NCBI RefSeq assembly: GCF_027257935.1 | Contig: NZ_JANZKW010000001.1 | Span: 1,124,062 to 1,156,061 of the forward strand | From: Chitinimonas sp. BJYL2 | GTDB lineage: Bacteria; Pseudomonadota; Gammaproteobacteria; Burkholderiales; Chitinimonadaceae | Length of the DNA: 32,000 bases | Direction: 5' to 3' | Part shown: positions 29,451 through 32,000 of the stretch, one piece after another | Position numbering within the stretch: position 1 is the stretch's first letter | Layout: each line of letters starts with the position of its first letter | Notes under the pieces: model-generated | Database searches by the model: none | What the model was told of the DNA's origin: nothing | What the model saw: the letters and a program-made list of their open reading frames with translations, nothing else | Program-made: the position numbers and the translations under genes

Positions 29451-31778
29451 TTACGCCGTGTGGCAATCGCAGGCACCGTGGCCGTGGCCCGCCGGCAGGG
29501 CGCTGCGGTACGGCGTTTCGCCCTGGGCCAAGCGCGTGCGTAGCTGGCGGGTTGCCACCAGCATGTTGGCCAGCGCCGCTTCCGTCTCGGCCCAGCCGCG
29601 CGTCTTCAGGCCGCAGTCGGGATTCACCCACAGGCGCTGAGCCGGGATCACCGTCAGCGCACGCTCGAGCAGGGCGGTCATTTCCTCCACCGGCGGTACG
29701 CGTGGCGAATGGATGTCGTAGACGCCGGGGCCGATTTCGTTGGGATAGGCAAACTCGCCAAACGCATCGAGCAGCGCCATGGCCGAGCGCGAGGTTTCGA
29801 TGGTGATCACGTCGGCATCCATGGCCGCAATCGCCGCCAGCGTGTCCTCGAAATCCGAGTAGCACATATGCGTGTGGATCTGCGTCTCGGGCCGGCATCC
29901 TGCGGCACTGAGCTTGAAGGCCAGCACAGCGGTATCGAGATAGCTTTGCCAGTCTACCTGCTTGAGCGGCAAGCCTTCGCGGAAGGCAGGTTCGTCGATC
30001 TGGATGGCGGCAATGCCGGCCGCATCGAGTTCGGCCACTTCATCGCGCAGGGCCAAGGCCAGTTGCAGCATCACTTCGCTGCGCGGCTTGTCGTTGCGCA
30101 CAAACGCCCATTGGGTCAGCGTCACCGGACCGGTCAGCATGCCCTTCATCGGCTTTGGGGTCAGGCTTTGGGCGTAAGTCGTCCAGGCCACGGTCATGGA
30201 CTTGGGGCGGCTCACATCGCCCCAGATCAACGGTGGCTTCACGCAGCGCGAACCATAGCTCTGCACCCAGCCATGCTGGCATACGGCCACGCCGGCCAGT
30301 TGCTCGGCAAAGTAATCGACCATATCGGAGCGCTCGGCCTCGCCATGCACCAGCATGTCGATACCCAGCGCTTCCTGGCGCTGCACGGCCAGCGCAATTT
30401 CGCTGCGCATCGCGGCTTCGTAGTCGGCCGTGCCCAGCTCGCCCCGCTTGTGGGCCGCACGCTGCTTGCGGATTGCGTCGGTTTGCGGGAACGAACCGAT
30501 GGTGGTGGTGGGTAGCAGCGGCAATTGCAGGCGCGCGTGGTGCAGCTTGGCGCGCTCGGTATACGGTAAACCACGTTCGACTTCGGGCAGATTGGCGAGG
30601 CGTGCAGCGACCTGCGCATCATCGCGGCCTGCCAGTGCGCGGAAGTTCGTCAGCGCATTGCGCTGGGCTTCCAGCGTGCTGAAGCAGACGCTGCGGCCCA
30701 GGCTCAGTGCGCGCGCCAGCGTGGTCACTTCGGTCAGCTTCTGGCGGGCAAAACTCAGGCCATCGCGCAGGCCCGGTGCCAGTGCGGTTTCCTGTGCCAG
30801 ATCAATCGGCACATGCAGCAGCGAACAGCTGGTGCCGATCCAAAGCGCATCGCCAAGCCGTGCCTGCAAGGGTGCGATCAGGTCGAGCACGGCGTCGAGG
30901 TTGGTTTTCCAGACATTGCGGCCATCAATCGCACCCAGCGAAAGCACCTTGCCCTGGGGCCAATCGGCCAGTGCCGGCAGCACATCGCCACCGCGCACGA
31001 TATCGACATGCACGCCGGCCACCGGCAGGGCCTTGAGCAGGTCCAGATGCGGGCGCACGCTGCCGAAGTAGCTCGCCAGCAGGATATGCGGATGCGCGTC
31101 GGCCAGCTCGCGGTACACCGGCGCAAAGGCGGCCAGCCATGCCGGCGGCAAATCCAGCGCTAGAATCGGCTCATCGATCTGCACCCAGTCCGCGCCTTCC
31201 GATTGCAGCGTGAGCAGCAAGCGCACATAGGCCGGCACCAAGCGCGGCAGCAGCGCCAGCGCCTCCACGCCATTGACGCGGGCGAGCTTGAGCAGCGTCA
31301 GCGGGCCGACCAGTTGCACCTTGGGGGTAAAGCCCGCCAGCCGTGCCTCGCGCAGCTCGTCGAGCAGCCAGCTCTGGCCGCCATCAAAACGCGTGTGGGC
31401 ATCGAACTCGGGTTTCAGATAGTGGTAGTTGGTATCGAACCACTTGGTCATCTCGCAGGCCGGCTGCTGCGCATTGCCGCGCGCCAGTTCAAAGTACTGG
31501 CTGCGCGTGAGCGTTTTGGCATCAAAACCGAAGCGTGCTGGCAGCGCGCCAAGCAAGACGGCGGTATCGAGCACCGTGTCGTAGTAGGAAAAGTCGCCCA
31601 CCGAAACAAAGCGCAGCCCCGCGCTGTTCTGCCACTGCCAGTGGCGCAAACGCAGCTCCCGGCCCACGGCCAGCAAGCCGGCCTCGTCGAGTTCGCCGCG
31701 CCAGAAGCGTTCTTCGGCAAATTTCAGCTCGCGCAAACTGCCGATGCGCGGAAACCCCAGAATATGCGTGGTCAACAT
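29451..31778 (-). CDS. metE: 5-methyltetrahydropteroyltriglutamate--homocysteine S-methyltransferase (cobalamin-independent methionine synthase)
   Basis: MLTTHILGFPRIGSLRELKFAEERFW N-terminus. Zn-site motifs HMCYSDF and VNPDCGLKTRGW. I prefer the ATG at 31778 (AGGA 6 nt upstream); the ATG at 31784 is also possible. Carries a roughly 25-aa C-terminal extension relative to my recollection of E. coli MetE. Confidence 0.96.
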   Translation of the reverse strand: MLTTHILGFPRIGSLRELKFAEERFWRGELDEAGLLAVGRELRLRHWQWQNSAGLRFVSVGDFSYYDTVLDTAVLLGALPARFGFDAKTLTRSQYFELARGNAQQPACEMTKWFDTNYHYLKPEFDAHTRFDGGQSWLLDELREARLAGFTPKVQLVGPLTLLKLARVNGVEALALLPRLVPAYVRLLLTLQSEGADWVQIDEPILALDLPPAWLAAFAPVYRELADAHPHILLASYFGSVRPHLDLLKALPVAGVHVDIVRGGDVLPALADWPQGKVLSLGAIDGRNVWKTNLDAVLDLIAPLQARLGDALWIGTSCSLLHVPIDLAQETALAPGLRDGLSFARQKLTEVTTLARALSLGRSVCFSTLEAQRNALTNFRALAGRDDAQVAARLANLPEVERGLPYTERAKLHHARLQLPLLPTTTIGSFPQTDAIRKQRAAHKRGELGTADYEAAMRSEIALAVQRQEALGIDMLVHGEAERSDMVDYFAEQLAGVAVCQHGWVQSYGSRCVKPPLIWGDVSRPKSMTVAWTTYAQSLTPKPMKGMLTGPVTLTQWAFVRNDKPRSEVMLQLALALRDEVAELDAAGIAAIQIDEPAFREGLPLKQVDWQSYLDTAVLAFKLSAAGCRPETQIHTHMCYSDFEDTLAAIAAMDADVITIETSRSAMALLDAFGEFAYPNEIGPGVYDIHSPRVPPVEEMTALLERALTVIPAQRLWVNPDCGLKTRGWAETEAALANMLVATRQLRTRLAQGETPYRSALPAGHGHGACDCHTA

Positions 31779-31885
31779 GAGCATTCCTTTCGATATATAC
31801 AGATTCGGATGAACGATTTGCATGATGCGCGCGGGGTGTCTATGATCACAGCGCAAGATTTTCCGGTTCTGGATCGATTCTGCTC
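31779..31885. promoter_or_regulatory. Divergent metE-metR control region
   Basis: 107-bp spacer between divergently oriented metE and a LysR-type gene. Contains TATATA (31794-31799) and TGAACGATTTGCA (31810-31822). The latter matches the enterobacterial MetR consensus TGAA-N5-TTCA with one mismatch. The assignment of individual elements is tentative. Confidence 0.45.
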
Positions 31886-32000
31886 ATGTCCTCACTGCTC
31901 GAACTCCGCCATCTGCGCACGCTGACCGCCCTGGTTGAAACCGGTGGTGTGGCGCGTGCGGCCGAGCGGCTCAATCTCACGCAATCGGCCTTGTCGCATC
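31886..32000 (+). CDS. metR: LysR-family transcriptional regulator, MetR-like, partial (N-terminal HTH only)
   Basis: Not in the ORF track because it runs off the edge. ATG at 31886 gives MSSLLELRHLRTLTALVETGGVARAAERLNLTQSALSH, a canonical LysR wHTH. The divergent position next to metE supports MetR. Confidence 0.75.
   Translation, partial: MSSLLELRHLRTLTALVETGGVARAAERLNLTQSALSH

Overview
High-GC proteobacterial chromosome segment. The gene order is typical of a betaproteobacterium; a Neisseriales or Burkholderiales-like origin is an inference from synteny and protein motifs, not a database result. About 15 kb in the centre is conserved housekeeping backbone: mnmG-rsmG-parA-parB (start/stop overlaps), the full F1Fo operon atpIBEFHAGDC, then glmU and glmS.

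Left flank:
- a HutD-like gene running off the window edge (absent from the ORF track)
- a compact chrA / NRDE-family / His-rich CDF exporter cluster
- a DHH-family phosphoesterase
- an nfeD-SPFH (stomatin-like) pair

Right flank:
- a small basic ORF
- a 950-aa TonB-dependent receptor divergent from an AmiD-like lipoprotein amidase, a BadF/BcrAD-type sugar-kinase-like ATPase and a MOSC protein
- a CoA-binding protein
- a tightly coupled GT4 glycosyltransferase + PAP2 phosphatase pair
- metE, divergent from metR (partial, also absent from the ORF track)

I found no tRNA, rRNA, CRISPR array, IS element, integrase or phage gene. Many long ORFs in the track are antisense shadow ORFs typical of high-GC DNA.

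I do not see a convincing new multi-gene system such as a defence island. The best hypotheses, all modest and unverified, are:
- the receptor / amidase / kinase cluster beside glmUS, as a possible cell-wall or amino-sugar scavenging locus
- its unusually long 534-bp control region, which contains phased repeats
- the GT4-PAP2 lipid-remodelling-like module
- the NRDE gene embedded between two ion exporters
- an in-frame hexanucleotide microsatellite encoding an (HD)8(HG)4 metal-binding tail
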